Shown here: piece by piece, positions 29,002 through 38,951 of the stretch
How positions within the stretch are numbered: the first letter of the stretch is position 1
How the letters are laid out: every line of letters starts with the position of its first letter
The notes under the pieces: generated by a model
Databases searched by the model: none
What the model was told of the DNA's origin: nothing
What the model saw: only the letters and a program-made list of their open reading frames with translations
Assembly (NCBI GenBank): GCA_051747965.1
Contig: JBNJGS010000009.1
Coordinates: forward strand, 2,965 to 59,620
Reading direction: 5' to 3'
Source: Bacteroidota bacterium
GTDB taxonomy: Bacteria > Bacteroidota > Bacteroidia > Bacteroidales > ML635J-15
DNA length: 56,656 nt
Program-made: the position numbers and the translations under genes

Positions 29002-30121
29002 TTTTTTTGTATTCCCTTTTCAGCTCGCCGATTACCACCTCAGCTGAAAAGTTTTTCAACACATTTTCCCGGATTTCCCCGGGGTTCCAATGGTTTTGGA
29101 GCATCTTCACCATACCGTCGCAGAGGCTTTTGCTGTCCGGTTCACAAAGGTAAGCATTTTCCCCTTCATGAATCAGATCCATAGCCCCGTTGGTTTTTGT
29201 TGACAATACAGGCAATCCACAGCACATGGCCTCAATCATAACCACACCAAAAGTTTCCTTATGGCTGGACGAAATAAAAAAGTCAGCTTTGTGTAAAGCA
29301 TCACGCACCTGCGCTCTTGAGCCCTGCCCTGCCAAATGTACATGATCATTGATTTTTAAATCGCTGATTAGTTTTTCCAGCGTTTTACGCTCCTCCCCAT
29401 CTCCTATGATTGTATGATACAAATTGTAGCCTTTATCAAGCATCATTTTTACAGCCCGGATGACAGCCCCGTGATTTTTGTTTTTATTCAGGCCTCCTAC
29501 CTGTATGGTGTTGATGGATTTTTCGTCTGTACTTTTTTCTTTCAGTGAAAAGAAATCACAATCCACCATATTGGGGATGACCCTGAAAGGGAGGTTAAAA
29601 TGATTTTCCAGCACCTCAGCGAATCCGCTGCTTACAGCAATGCGGGATTCTGCTTCCTCGTATACAGCCTTAACAACCGATGTATAGTATGCCGGCAGGT
29701 TGGCTTTATACATCCGTGACAGGTGTTCAGTTACCAGATATGGTATTCCATAATTTTTCTTTATCCAAAGAGCAACAGCTCCGGCTTCTGCACAATGCAC
29801 ATGCACCAGATCGGGTCGTCCGCATTTTTTAATATAAACCCTGAATTTTCGTTTCAGAATCACCAACCTCAGCCACATGCTCAGCGCTTTCAAAAAAGGC
29901 ACTGCAACTGAAAAATACAGCATTTTATTCTTGTTCCATGAGGGGCCGGTTTTCCAGAATCTTTTACTAAACCGTTGTTTTAATGACAGATTAAGATATG
30001 CCAGAACCCCTACATAGAATTCCTTTTCCAGCTCAGTGACCTGCTGTTGAAAAAAAATCCCGCTTACAGGATTCAGCTTATTGGGATATGATCTGGGAAC
30101 AATCAGTACATGCATAATCAT
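28976..30121 (-). CDS. Glycosyltransferase family 4
   Basis: SGIFF, PDLVHVH, VTEH, VIPNMVD, ETFGVVMIEAM. Confidence 0.9.
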   Translation of the reverse strand: MIMHVLIVPRSYPNKLNPVSGIFFQQQVTELEKEFYVGVLAYLNLSLKQRFSKRFWKTGPSWNKNKMLYFSVAVPFLKALSMWLRLVILKRKFRVYIKKCGRPDLVHVHCAEAGAVALWIKKNYGIPYLVTEHLSRMYKANLPAYYTSVVKAVYEEAESRIAVSSGFAEVLENHFNLPFRVIPNMVDCDFFSLKEKSTDEKSINTIQVGGLNKNKNHGAVIRAVKMMLDKGYNLYHTIIGDGEERKTLEKLISDLKINDHVHLAGQGSRAQVRDALHKADFFISSSHKETFGVVMIEAMCCGLPVLSTKTNGAMDLIHEGENAYLCEPDSKSLCDGMVKMLQNHWNPGEIRENVLKNFSAEVVIGELKREYKKIVGNGLDD

Positions 30122-31398
30122 TCATTTTTCATATCGTTAAAATAAGCAATTTTCAGCATCCAGCCCAACATAACAAGATACATTACAGACATGAAGACTG
30201 AAACCGAGATTACCACAGCTTCAATGCTACCGGAAATCTTACCCACCAAAAATACAGCCACGACCAGGGCAATGTTTGTGATTACGGTTAGGGATAAAAA
30301 AGTTTTCTGTTTTTCCAGCACCAGGGGAATTGTTGACACAGGACTGACCACAAAAAACAGAAAGAGCATTGGTGATAAAATCTTCACGTAGGTACCTGCA
30401 TCCAGCCATTTTTCAGTAAATATCCATGCAAATACAGGTTCTGCAAAAAGAAACAGTGCAACAAAAAAGGGCAGGGAGACCAGTCCGATTTTAACAACAA
30501 TACTCTTCATTGCAGGAAAAACAGGACGCTCTGATGCTTTTCTTTCAGCAATCCGCTGGTAAAACACCTGTCCTATTGAATATGTAATTAATGAGAGCGG
30601 TGCTTTGGTATAGCGGTTTGCGAATGTGTAAAATCCAACGAGAGCCTCAGTAAAAAACACAGAAATGATCAGGATTAATCCACTTTCCCTTAGCTTATCG
30701 ACAAAGGCTTGTAAAGTATTTAGCAAAGGAAAATCCTTGTATCGTTTCAATACCTTAAACATGCGTTGATGCCGGTACAGCTTCAGATACTTTTTATCTT
30801 TCTGAAAGAATTTTGCAGTCAGGTAGGCAGATCCGAATAAATCACCCATCACAACGCCGCCAATCAGGCCACCTGCTCCCATTCCGGCAAATCCGGCACC
30901 TATGCTGGTACCTGTCTGTGCTGCACTTTTATTGACTTTAAAAATTGACAGAATCTGAAATCTCCGGGTACGGTTAAACCAATAACTGATACTTTTGATA
31001 AGGCCGGTAAAGAAAACGGTAATGGGAATAAGATACAACCATTTTCCGACACTTTCACTATTGAACAGGGCACAGATCTGATCATTGAGCAACCAAACCA
31101 CCAGGAGTGTGATAAGACCAATTATTAGTGAAATGATAACAGAGCCTACCATAATATTAAGGGCATCAGCATTTTTTCGTGGCAGATTGATGGCCATTTC
31201 ATATCTGGCAGTAGCAATTACCTTAACCAAAGCACTGATGCTGACAAAAATACCCAGAACGCCAAAATCGTCAGCATCGAACAGGCGTGCCAGAATGGGT
31301 GAAAAAATAAGCGGAATTAACTGAGCAAAAGCAGAACCTGTAATTAATGTCACAAAATTCTTTACAAAATCTGACTTACGTAACCACTTTTGAAGCAT
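30118..31398 (-). CDS. wzx: Wzx-type oligosaccharide flippase
   Basis: TLITGSAFAQLI..SPILARLF..DFG, RYE.AI, YKDFP; ~12 TM helices. Confidence 0.88.
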   Translation of the reverse strand: MLQKWLRKSDFVKNFVTLITGSAFAQLIPLIFSPILARLFDADDFGVLGIFVSISALVKVIATARYEMAINLPRKNADALNIMVGSVIISLIIGLITLLVVWLLNDQICALFNSESVGKWLYLIPITVFFTGLIKSISYWFNRTRRFQILSIFKVNKSAAQTGTSIGAGFAGMGAGGLIGGVVMGDLFGSAYLTAKFFQKDKKYLKLYRHQRMFKVLKRYKDFPLLNTLQAFVDKLRESGLILIISVFFTEALVGFYTFANRYTKAPLSLITYSIGQVFYQRIAERKASERPVFPAMKSIVVKIGLVSLPFFVALFLFAEPVFAWIFTEKWLDAGTYVKILSPMLFLFFVVSPVSTIPLVLEKQKTFLSLTVITNIALVVAVFLVGKISGSIEAVVISVSVFMSVMYLVMLGWMLKIAYFNDMKNE

Positions 31399-31407
31399 AT
31401 GCAGGTT

Positions 31408-32217
31408 TTATCGGGTATTGCTTTTCAACTGGCTGAGTGCTTGTTTATGTAAATCAACCCAAAACGCGAATATTATCCCTATAATAAGAAACAGGAAGCC
31501 ATAAATGACCAGATATTTCACCAGGGAAATATTTCTTTTGACATAATTACTGCTCCATTCAAGACTAAGCTCCCGGGAGTTGTTCAATAGTTTTTCCAGC
31601 TCCTGCATTTTATCCATCATCATAACAACCTCATCGTAACTCCCTGCTATTGATGCAAGTCCGGAGGGGGTAACAGATTCATCACCTTTTTGTTGCATGA
31701 CTTCCTTCTGGAATTCGTTGATCTCTTTGAGCTCTTGCTTAAGCAGATTATGATAAGATCTGGCCTGTGCCTGTTGGTCCTCGATCATCCGGTTGATTTT
31801 TTCATTACGGTCATAATAATCGTTCATAATATTCTTCAAAACCCGGACCTGACTTGTATCAGCCAAAACAAATTCCAGTGTAACTGCATTGGGAAAGCTT
31901 ACAGTGTCAACATAAATACTTTTTGTGAATTCTATTTCGGATTGATTAATGCTGAAATACTCCTTAAATGCGGCTTCTTTAATTGTATTGCTTTCATTCA
32001 GCATTGGGAATAACGGCTGATAAAGTACACTTTGATTAACGAAATCGGAATTAATCAGAAGCTTATATTTATAGCCGGGCTTCAACAAGCTATAATGTAC
32101 CGTACCAAGAATCAGCCCGAGAACAACCACAACAGCAATTATCAGTACTCTTCTTTTCAAAAAGAGGTAAAGCCTGCCATACAATTCAACTATACTTATT
32201 TCATTTTCCTTATTCAT
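31408..32217 (-). CDS. Wzz-like polysaccharide co-polymerase / chain-length regulator
   Basis: EISIVEL start; N- and C-terminal TM helices flanking a periplasmic coiled coil; lies before wzx. Confidence 0.6.
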   Translation of the reverse strand: MNKENEISIVELYGRLYLFLKRRVLIIAVVVVLGLILGTVHYSLLKPGYKYKLLINSDFVNQSVLYQPLFPMLNESNTIKEAAFKEYFSINQSEIEFTKSIYVDTVSFPNAVTLEFVLADTSQVRVLKNIMNDYYDRNEKINRMIEDQQAQARSYHNLLKQELKEINEFQKEVMQQKGDESVTPSGLASIAGSYDEVVMMMDKMQELEKLLNNSRELSLEWSSNYVKRNISLVKYLVIYGFLFLIIGIIFAFWVDLHKQALSQLKSNTR

Positions 32218-32219
32218 AG

Positions 32220-33176
32220 TCAATCCAGTATTTCATCAATCTGATAATAATTTCTATCATGGCTGCTGCGTGAAATCAGCTCTGCCAAAAAGCCTGCAAG
32301 AAACAAAAGAACCCCTATGACCATGCAGGTAAGTGCGATATAAAAAAATGCATTTTCGGTAACTCTCTCGAGAATCACCCCCTGGCTTACAGCCACAATT
32401 TTTCGTATTCCCAGGTAAAGTGCAGATGCAAATCCAAGGATAAAGACAAGTGTACCCCAGACACCAAACAGGTGCATTGGACGTTTTCCAAATCTGGTGA
32501 TAAACAAAATGGTCATTAGGTCCAGGAAGCCATTGATGAAGCGTTCCAGTCCGAATTTGGTTTTTCCATACTGTCTTTTACGATGTTGTACTACTTTTTC
32601 ACCGATTTTCATAAAACCGGCCTGTCTGGCAAGCACAGGGATATAACGATGCATCTCACCATAGACTTCAATGCTTTTCACCAGTTTGTTTCTATAAGCT
32701 TTCAGGCCGCAGTTAAAATCGTGCAGCCTTATTCCTGTGGCTTTTCTGGCCACCCAGTTATAGAATTTGCTGGGTATGGTTTTGCTAACCGGGTCGAAGC
32801 GTTTTTTCTTCCATCCGGACACCATATCAAAGCCTTCATTTGCGACCAGGTGATATAGGTCCGGTATTTCATCGGGAGAATCCTGCATATCAGCATCCAT
32901 GGTAATGACAACTTTTCCTTTGGCATTTTGGAAGCCGGTATGCAAAGCTGCTGATTTTCCGTAGTTCCTTCTGAATCGAAAACCCCGCAGAGCCTTTCCG
33001 TACTGGCTTTTCAGGCCCTGGATGACATTCCAGGAATCATCTCTGCTGCCATCATCCACCATGATAACTTCATATGCATAGCCTTCTTTCTGAACAACAC
33101 GTGCTATCCAGGACATCAGCTCTGGAAGGGATTCTTCCTCATCGTAAAGGGGTATTACAATTGTAAGGTCTATCAT
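32220..33176 (-). CDS. Polyprenol-phosphate glycosyltransferase (GT2, DPM/ArnC-like)
   Basis: VDDGSRD, RNYGKSAAL, MDADMQD, HDFNCGLKAY, GEMHRYIP; two C-terminal TMs. Confidence 0.92.
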   Translation of the reverse strand: MIDLTIVIPLYDEEESLPELMSWIARVVQKEGYAYEVIMVDDGSRDDSWNVIQGLKSQYGKALRGFRFRRNYGKSAALHTGFQNAKGKVVITMDADMQDSPDEIPDLYHLVANEGFDMVSGWKKKRFDPVSKTIPSKFYNWVARKATGIRLHDFNCGLKAYRNKLVKSIEVYGEMHRYIPVLARQAGFMKIGEKVVQHRKRQYGKTKFGLERFINGFLDLMTILFITRFGKRPMHLFGVWGTLVFILGFASALYLGIRKIVAVSQGVILERVTENAFFYIALTCMVIGVLLFLAGFLAELISRSSHDRNYYQIDEILD

Positions 33177-33733
33177 TTTTCTGATTCTGTCAGTTCATCT
33201 TCTGTATCAGTCTGCTGCACTTTTTGGGTTTTACCATTGATAAAAGCGGAGCTCAACAGGCCTGCCGCCAATGTCAGAAAAGCGAGTTGAAGAAAGCTCA
33301 TAACAGCCATAATTGAAGGCTTCATGAATTTTCCCTGCATTTTCAGGGCATTCTCTTTGGCTGCAGCGGGTATATCCTGCTCTACAATAGCTATTTCAGC
33401 CTGTTGCCGGATATACTCAAGCATTTCCGGTGCAATAAAAGTAAAAAAGATAAAATTATAAACGGCCAGCAGAAGTGAAGCCGTAACACCGGTAAGCATA
33501 GCCACTCCCAGAGCTCTTCCATAACTAAAGGATTCACCTTCCAGCTGTTTTTTATACTGAATCTGGGAAACCACGATCAACACGACAATAATAAGAATCT
33601 GCAGCCATTGCAATGTGCGAGACTCTTCCATTCCTGTCATATAAAACACAATGGAAAGAATAATGATGACCAAACCTGTGATTACACCCCAGGTAAGTGA
33701 ATGCTGAAAAATGCTATTTGACTTGTCATTCAT
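33173..33733 (-). CDS. DUF4199 family membrane protein
   Basis: Four TMs, SYGRALG, YNFIFFTFIAPE; typical Bacteroidota partner upstream of this GT2. Confidence 0.8.
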   Translation of the reverse strand: MNDKSNSIFQHSLTWGVITGLVIIILSIVFYMTGMEESRTLQWLQILIIVVLIVVSQIQYKKQLEGESFSYGRALGVAMLTGVTASLLLAVYNFIFFTFIAPEMLEYIRQQAEIAIVEQDIPAAAKENALKMQGKFMKPSIMAVMSFLQLAFLTLAAGLLSSAFINGKTQKVQQTDTEDELTESEK

Positions 33734-33754
33734 GTGATTCAATTTTTGTTAAAA

Positions 33755-33812
33755 CAAAGATAGAATTTTTTGCGAAAGTTTTTAGGAGTTTATCAAATTC
33801 TTATTACTTTTG
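33755..33812. promoter_or_regulatory. Divergent promoters for the DUF4199/glycan operon (-) and SRP RNA (+)
   Basis: TATCTTTG on the minus strand at 33762-33755; TACTTTTG on the plus strand at 33805-33812, ending 4 nt before the SRP RNA. Confidence 0.7.
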
Positions 33813-33816
33813 CAGT

Positions 33817-33917
33817 CCGGGTAAGTCTTGTACGACCAGCTCCCGCTGAACTCCCCCAGGTCCGGAAGGAAGCAAGGGTAAGCGGTTGTAGCGGTGCGAT
33901 GCAAGTAGCTTACCCGG
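33817..33917 (+). ncRNA. ffs: Signal recognition particle 4.5S RNA
   Basis: Conserved helix-8 motif CAGGTCCGGAAGGAAGCA; terminal stem CCGGGTAAG / CTTACCCGG; ~100 nt. Confidence 0.93.
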
Positions 33918-34030
33918 TTTATTTTTGCCCCACCTACACATCATCCTGAAAATAAGGACATAAGCATTTCAGATACCGGTCTGAGGTATGATGAGTGAAT
34001 CAAAAGCGGATAAAGATTAATTATTCAGAA

Positions 34031-35263
34031 TCAGGATTGGTCATACTTGCGATAAGCCTCAAGCAAAGATTCTTCATCCCTGCCTTCGTAGATAATCCCC
34101 AGCTTATCAGCAAGCAAGGCACTTTCTATGGCCACATCATTTTTGGGATACATATGTTCTGACAGATAATTCAGAAAACGAATGACCTTAAAAGTATCGT
34201 AATAACGGTAGAGACGTTTAAGGTATGATTTTTCATCCGTGCTGTTTTTCCGGGCATCCTCTATGGCATCCCACAGATATACCCTGGAAAAATATTCCGT
34301 GACAGTATCATCAAAATCATCCAAGGATTTATCATAGTCATCTTTGGAAATTTCATAGGTTTTATCAACAAATCTGACAACTTTGGCAAGAAGCTCAAAG
34401 CATTTCATACTGTACACATCGTATCGGCCCTCCTCTTTGATTTTTCTCACTTCAGGACCTGTTCCAAAAGGCACCCTGTCAGAAACTCTTCCTGATGGAT
34501 AAACCACCGGTGTGTTGCACTCTCCCAGGTTCCCATTAAGCTCAATTTTATTGAGGAAATAAAAATCTTCACCGGCATTTTTTCTGTTCATTCCGCCCTG
34601 AGCTGCATAAGCATCTGCCCTTACAGCAAAACAAGAACCTATGGAATAAAAGTGATGCGGATATCCTGTCCATTTCAAGGCATGGCGAAAATAACGTAGG
34701 TAAAGTTCATAGAGAACAATGGGATCATCCGCCTCCTGATACGGATGTTCAAAATATATGGTTGCAGCATCCTGATCAGGATTTTTGGAAAAACAGGAAT
34801 AAACCGAAGACAGATAGTTTTTGGAAACCACAGCATCAGCATCCAGTGACAGTATAACGCCATCATTTTTATTGATTTTATTGAACCTGTCAAGGGCGAT
34901 ATCCATGCCAAATTTTCTTGCCGAGCCGGGTCCTGCAACTTTTTTCGGGAACACCTGCCAATATACAGACAAATTGATGAAAGGATGATCAAGTGTCTCT
35001 GCAAATTCGCTGTAGTGTTGAAAATCGGTTAGGTTTCGATTGATAACCTCATCCGGTTTATCGTCCGGGGCATTAAAAACCAGGATTACATCAATGATAC
35101 AGCCGGGCTCATAATTGTGAAGCAGGGAAATAAGTGTATCCTCTACGTCCGGTTCATTATAGGCAGGAATAACAACAGCCAGTCCGAGTTTATCCGGTAC
35201 TGGCTGTGGGTTGGTATCAGGCTCTGCCTGAAATCGTTTAAAATAAGTATCGGCAAATGTCAT
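34031..35263 (-). CDS. GT-A fold (family 2-like) glycosyltransferase
   Basis: VVIPAYNE, ARKFGMD, LDAD, AGEDFYFLNK, SDRVPFGTG. Confidence 0.8.
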   Translation of the reverse strand: MTFADTYFKRFQAEPDTNPQPVPDKLGLAVVIPAYNEPDVEDTLISLLHNYEPGCIIDVILVFNAPDDKPDEVINRNLTDFQHYSEFAETLDHPFINLSVYWQVFPKKVAGPGSARKFGMDIALDRFNKINKNDGVILSLDADAVVSKNYLSSVYSCFSKNPDQDAATIYFEHPYQEADDPIVLYELYLRYFRHALKWTGYPHHFYSIGSCFAVRADAYAAQGGMNRKNAGEDFYFLNKIELNGNLGECNTPVVYPSGRVSDRVPFGTGPEVRKIKEEGRYDVYSMKCFELLAKVVRFVDKTYEISKDDYDKSLDDFDDTVTEYFSRVYLWDAIEDARKNSTDEKSYLKRLYRYYDTFKVIRFLNYLSEHMYPKNDVAIESALLADKLGIIYEGRDEESLLEAYRKYDQS

Positions 35264-35269
35264 AAACGC

Positions 35270-35920
35270 CTACTCTTCATGGTAAATTTCATAACGCTCA
35301 TTGAGATATCCTACTACCTCTTCGGTAATATCCATAGCCTGGTTGGAGTACAGTACGTTTGTACCAACAGCATCTCCGAGGATAAGCACAAAACGTCCGT
35401 CATTGATAACAGGCATATAGTTAAGCACAGTATCATACAGGCTTTGCGTCATACGCTCCTGTTCCTGCGCCAGATCCATACTCAGGTTTTGGTTAAGCTC
35501 CTGCAATTCCTGTTGTTGTTGCATCAGTTGTTGTTGCTGAGCTTCGGCACTTTCCTGGGAAATGAAGGATCCAAGACGGACTTTTTCCTGGAAGCTTTCA
35601 TAATCTTTTTCAAATTTCGTCATTTTTTGCTGCAGATTGGCTTCCGCTTTCTGCTGGCGTTCCATCAGGTTTTCGTTCATCACCTGTGCCAGTTTATATT
35701 CAGTCAGCAACGTATCGAGTTTAACAACAGCAATACGTTCGGAGATAACGCTGTCCTGCAATTCCTGAACTTCCGATTTCTCCCCTTTAAGGGCTGTGGT
35801 TTCACCCCCGGATTCTGGATCTTTATCTGCAAAATACAAAACAAACAATGCAATTACAGCCAATCCTAAAATAATGTTGATTCCCACCAAACTGTTTAAA
35901 AGCTTCTTATTATTTTTCAT
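35270..35920 (-). CDS. OmpH/Skp-family periplasmic chaperone
   Basis: N-terminal TM; IAVVKLDTLL..Y; Gln-rich coiled coil; LY....DIT..V...LN. A TATCTTTG promoter at 35958-35951 supports the start at 35920. Confidence 0.85.
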   Translation of the reverse strand: MKNNKKLLNSLVGINIILGLAVIALFVLYFADKDPESGGETTALKGEKSEVQELQDSVISERIAVVKLDTLLTEYKLAQVMNENLMERQQKAEANLQQKMTKFEKDYESFQEKVRLGSFISQESAEAQQQQLMQQQQELQELNQNLSMDLAQEQERMTQSLYDTVLNYMPVINDGRFVLILGDAVGTNVLYSNQAMDITEEVVGYLNERYEIYHEE

Positions 35921-36080
35921 GGTTTTAAAATTAATTGTCATCTTTACGCACAAAGATAAAGTTTTCGCCGGAACGCAGGCAACAAACACAAATTTTTGTG
36001 TAAAAATATTTGAAGATGTTGGCTTTTTGATTGTTAGACTTGCATATCCGGATATTAGAAAAATAAAAAATAAGAATAAT

Positions 36081-38141
36081 ATGATTAATGAACAATTACT
36101 GAAACCCAAAAGCATTGTAGTCGTTGGGGGCTCGGATGACATCCAGAAGCCAGGCGGTAAAGTATTGAAAAACCTGATAGACGGAGATTTTCAGGGTGAT
36201 TTGTATGTATCCAATCCCAAACTTGATAAGGTACAGGGGGTTAAATCCTATCGCAACATCAAAGATCTTCCCGAGACAGATCTGGCGATACTGGCCATTG
36301 CCTCCAAATTTTGTTATGACACCATAGAGACCCTGGCAGATGAAAAAAACACGAGGGCTTTCATTATTTTGTCAGCGGGCTTTAGTGAAGAAAGCGATGA
36401 AGGTGCAAAAATAGAAGATGCCATTGTGGAGAAAGTAAATTCTGTTGGTGGCGCACTCATCGGACCAAATTGTATCGGTGTTCTTACTCCGGATTATAAT
36501 GGTGTTTTCACCACCCCGATTCCACGGCTTGATCCCAAAGGCGTTGATTTCATTTCGGGCAGCGGAGCCACGGCTGTTTTTATCATGGAAAGCGGAGTAT
36601 CAAAAGGCTTGAGTTTTTCCAGTGTATGGTCAGTAGGAAATTCAGCCCAGATGGGAGTTGAGGAAATACTGAAGCATATGGATGAGACCTATGACCCTGC
36701 GACCTCCTCCCCTGTCAAACTGTTGTATATTGAAAATATAGACAAGCCTTCCATGTTGCTGAAGCATGCATCTTCACTGATTAGGAAGGGCTGCAAAATA
36801 GCCGCTATCAAATCGGGTGGTTCAGAAGCAGGCAGCAGGGCAGCCTCCTCACACACAGGCGCCCTGGCCTCCAGTGATGTAGCAGTGGATGCTCTGTTCA
36901 GGAAAGCCGGAATTGTTCGCTGTAAAGGCCGTGAAGAGCTTACCACAGTTGCCTCGGTCTTCATGCATCCTGAACTCAAAGGAAAAAACATTGCCATCAT
37001 TACACATGCCGGTGGTCCGGCGGTTATGCTTACAGACTCCCTGAGCAATGGCGGACTGGAAGTACCACAACTTGAAGGCCCAAAGGCTGATGCATTACTT
37101 GAAAAGCTTTTTCCCGGCTCTGCTGTAGGCAATCCCATTGATTTTCTTGCCACCGGAACTGCCGGACAACTGGTTGAAATCATTGATGCCTGCGAAAACG
37201 ATTTTGATGAGATTGACGGCATGGCAGTGATTTTTGGCAGTCCGGGACTTTTCCCTGTACATGATGTGTACGAGCTGCTGAATGAGAAGATGAAATCATG
37301 TAAAAAGCCCATCTATCCGATTCTGCCATCAGTAATCAATGTAAAAGAAGAAATTAAGTCCTTCATCAGCAAGGGTAGAATTATCTTCCCTGATGAAGTA
37401 ACTTTTGGAGACGCTTTGTGCAAAATTTACCAAACTGATGCCCCGCAACCTGAAAACACTGATATGCCCGATGTCGACATCAAAACCATCCGGAAAGTCA
37501 TCGATGAGGCTGATAAGGGTTATCTTGACCCGGAATCTGTGGCCAGCTTACTGGATGCAGCCGGCATCACCAGGTCTAACGATAAAGTTGTTGGCTCTGA
37601 AGATGAAGCCGTGGATTTCTGCAAAAAATACGGCTATCCTGTGGTCATGAAAGTAGTTGGACCGGTACACAAATCTGATGTTGGTGGTGTAGTCCTTGAT
37701 GTAAGAGATGAAGCCACAGTCAGGAAGGAATATAAACGACTGATGCAGATTAAAGACACCTATGCTGTACAGATGTTTGAAATGTATTTTGGTGAGGAAA
37801 TTTTCATCGGTGCCAAACGTGATGATAAATTTGGCCACATGGTACTCTGCGGTTTGGGTGGGATATTTATTGAGGTGCTGAAAGATATACAAACCTCCCT
37901 GGCTCCCATCAGCAAGGATGAAGCCCATACTATGATCAGACGCCTGAATTCCTACGGCATCATCCAGGGTGTACGCGGACAAAAAGGTGTCAATGAAGAC
38001 ATTATGGCTACCCATATTGCACGTGTAGCTGCTCTTGTAAGCGCCGCCCCGGAGATATTTGAAATGGATCTCAACCCATTGCTGGGCAACCCGAAAGAGG
38101 TTGTTGCCGTCGATGCCAGAATTCGAATTGAAAAAGATTAA
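36081..38141 (+). CDS. Acetate/acyl-CoA ligase (ADP-forming), fused alpha-beta
   Basis: PKSIVVVGGS, SAGFSE, IGPNCIG, phospho-His motif AASSHTGALA, NPIDF, ATP-grasp HKSDVGGV, EMDLNPL..VDAR; true start MINEQLL at 36081. Confidence 0.92.
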   Translation: MINEQLLKPKSIVVVGGSDDIQKPGGKVLKNLIDGDFQGDLYVSNPKLDKVQGVKSYRNIKDLPETDLAILAIASKFCYDTIETLADEKNTRAFIILSAGFSEESDEGAKIEDAIVEKVNSVGGALIGPNCIGVLTPDYNGVFTTPIPRLDPKGVDFISGSGATAVFIMESGVSKGLSFSSVWSVGNSAQMGVEEILKHMDETYDPATSSPVKLLYIENIDKPSMLLKHASSLIRKGCKIAAIKSGGSEAGSRAASSHTGALASSDVAVDALFRKAGIVRCKGREELTTVASVFMHPELKGKNIAIITHAGGPAVMLTDSLSNGGLEVPQLEGPKADALLEKLFPGSAVGNPIDFLATGTAGQLVEIIDACENDFDEIDGMAVIFGSPGLFPVHDVYELLNEKMKSCKKPIYPILPSVINVKEEIKSFISKGRIIFPDEVTFGDALCKIYQTDAPQPENTDMPDVDIKTIRKVIDEADKGYLDPESVASLLDAAGITRSNDKVVGSEDEAVDFCKKYGYPVVMKVVGPVHKSDVGGVVLDVRDEATVRKEYKRLMQIKDTYAVQMFEMYFGEEIFIGAKRDDKFGHMVLCGLGGIFIEVLKDIQTSLAPISKDEAHTMIRRLNSYGIIQGVRGQKGVNEDIMATHIARVAALVSAAPEIFEMDLNPLLGNPKEVVAVDARIRIEKD

Positions 38142-38154
38142 TTTCTCATCTCCC

Positions 38155-38192
38155 AAAAAAAGGCCGGACAAGTATGTGCGGTCTTTTTTTTT
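38155..38192. terminator. Bidirectional intrinsic terminator
   Basis: A-run, imperfect GGCCG..CGGTC hairpin and T-run between convergent genes. Confidence 0.7.
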
Positions 38193-38239
38193 GTCCGGTT
38201 TTCACCTGCAGTAAATAATTTCAGTCAGTTAATGGAAAA

Positions 38240-38935
38240 TCAATCCGGATTGAGATACAGGTTATCCTTGTGGAGGTCAATAATACCATACTTAATTGCA
38301 TATAATACCAGCCCGGCCAGATTTTTCACACCGGTTTTAAGGAAAATATTATTCCGGTGTCCATCCACGGTACGTTTGGAAACATTCAGTTTCTCTGCAA
38401 TTTCCTGAGCTGTCATCTGTCTGCAGATGAAAAGCAGAATTTCTTTTTCCCTGTCTGACAGTATGTTTCCTTGTCGTTCAAGCTCAGGTTTGGGAATATT
38501 GGCAGCAAACTGTTCCCGCATAACATCCATCTGCTCTGGCAGAAAGTAATACGATTTATTATGCACCTCTCTGATTACACTGACAAGCTTTTCGGGGCTA
38601 AGCCCTTTTGGGAGAAAAGCAGAAACCCCGGATTTCAGCATATATCCCATGAATGATTTTTTGTAATATGATGACACACTGATGACTTTGACATCAGGCC
38701 ATTGCTCCTTTAGTCTGATGGTTGTTTCTACACCGTCCAGACCTTTCATTCTCAAATCCATCAGAACGATATCCGGGACCTGTTCGGTTTTCTTCATAAA
38801 ACCAAGGAATTCAGTACCGGAGGCTGCTGTATGGATGATATGCAAATCATCTTCCCTGTCAAGGAACTCCTTCAGGAGGGAAACAATTAAAGTTTCATCA
38901 TCTACAATAGCCAGTGATATCCGGGAATTATCCAT
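38240..38935 (-). CDS. NarL/LuxR-family response regulator
   Basis: IVDDE, VLMDLRM..DG; HTH LSDREKEIL..TAQEIAEKLNVSKRTVDGHRNNI..KTG. Confidence 0.95.
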   Translation of the reverse strand: MDNSRISLAIVDDETLIVSLLKEFLDREDDLHIIHTAASGTEFLGFMKKTEQVPDIVLMDLRMKGLDGVETTIRLKEQWPDVKVISVSSYYKKSFMGYMLKSGVSAFLPKGLSPEKLVSVIREVHNKSYYFLPEQMDVMREQFAANIPKPELERQGNILSDREKEILLFICRQMTAQEIAEKLNVSKRTVDGHRNNIFLKTGVKNLAGLVLYAIKYGIIDLHKDNLYLNPD

Positions 38936-38951
38936 AAATTATCTGTCTTAA

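Noticed and set aside
35117-36142. 250-aa + strand ORF and the long overlapping N-terminal extensions of ompH (to 36142) and acyl-CoA ligase (from 35796)
   Set aside because: Antisense shadow and spurious upstream starts; family N-termini and the promoter place the starts at 35920 and 36081
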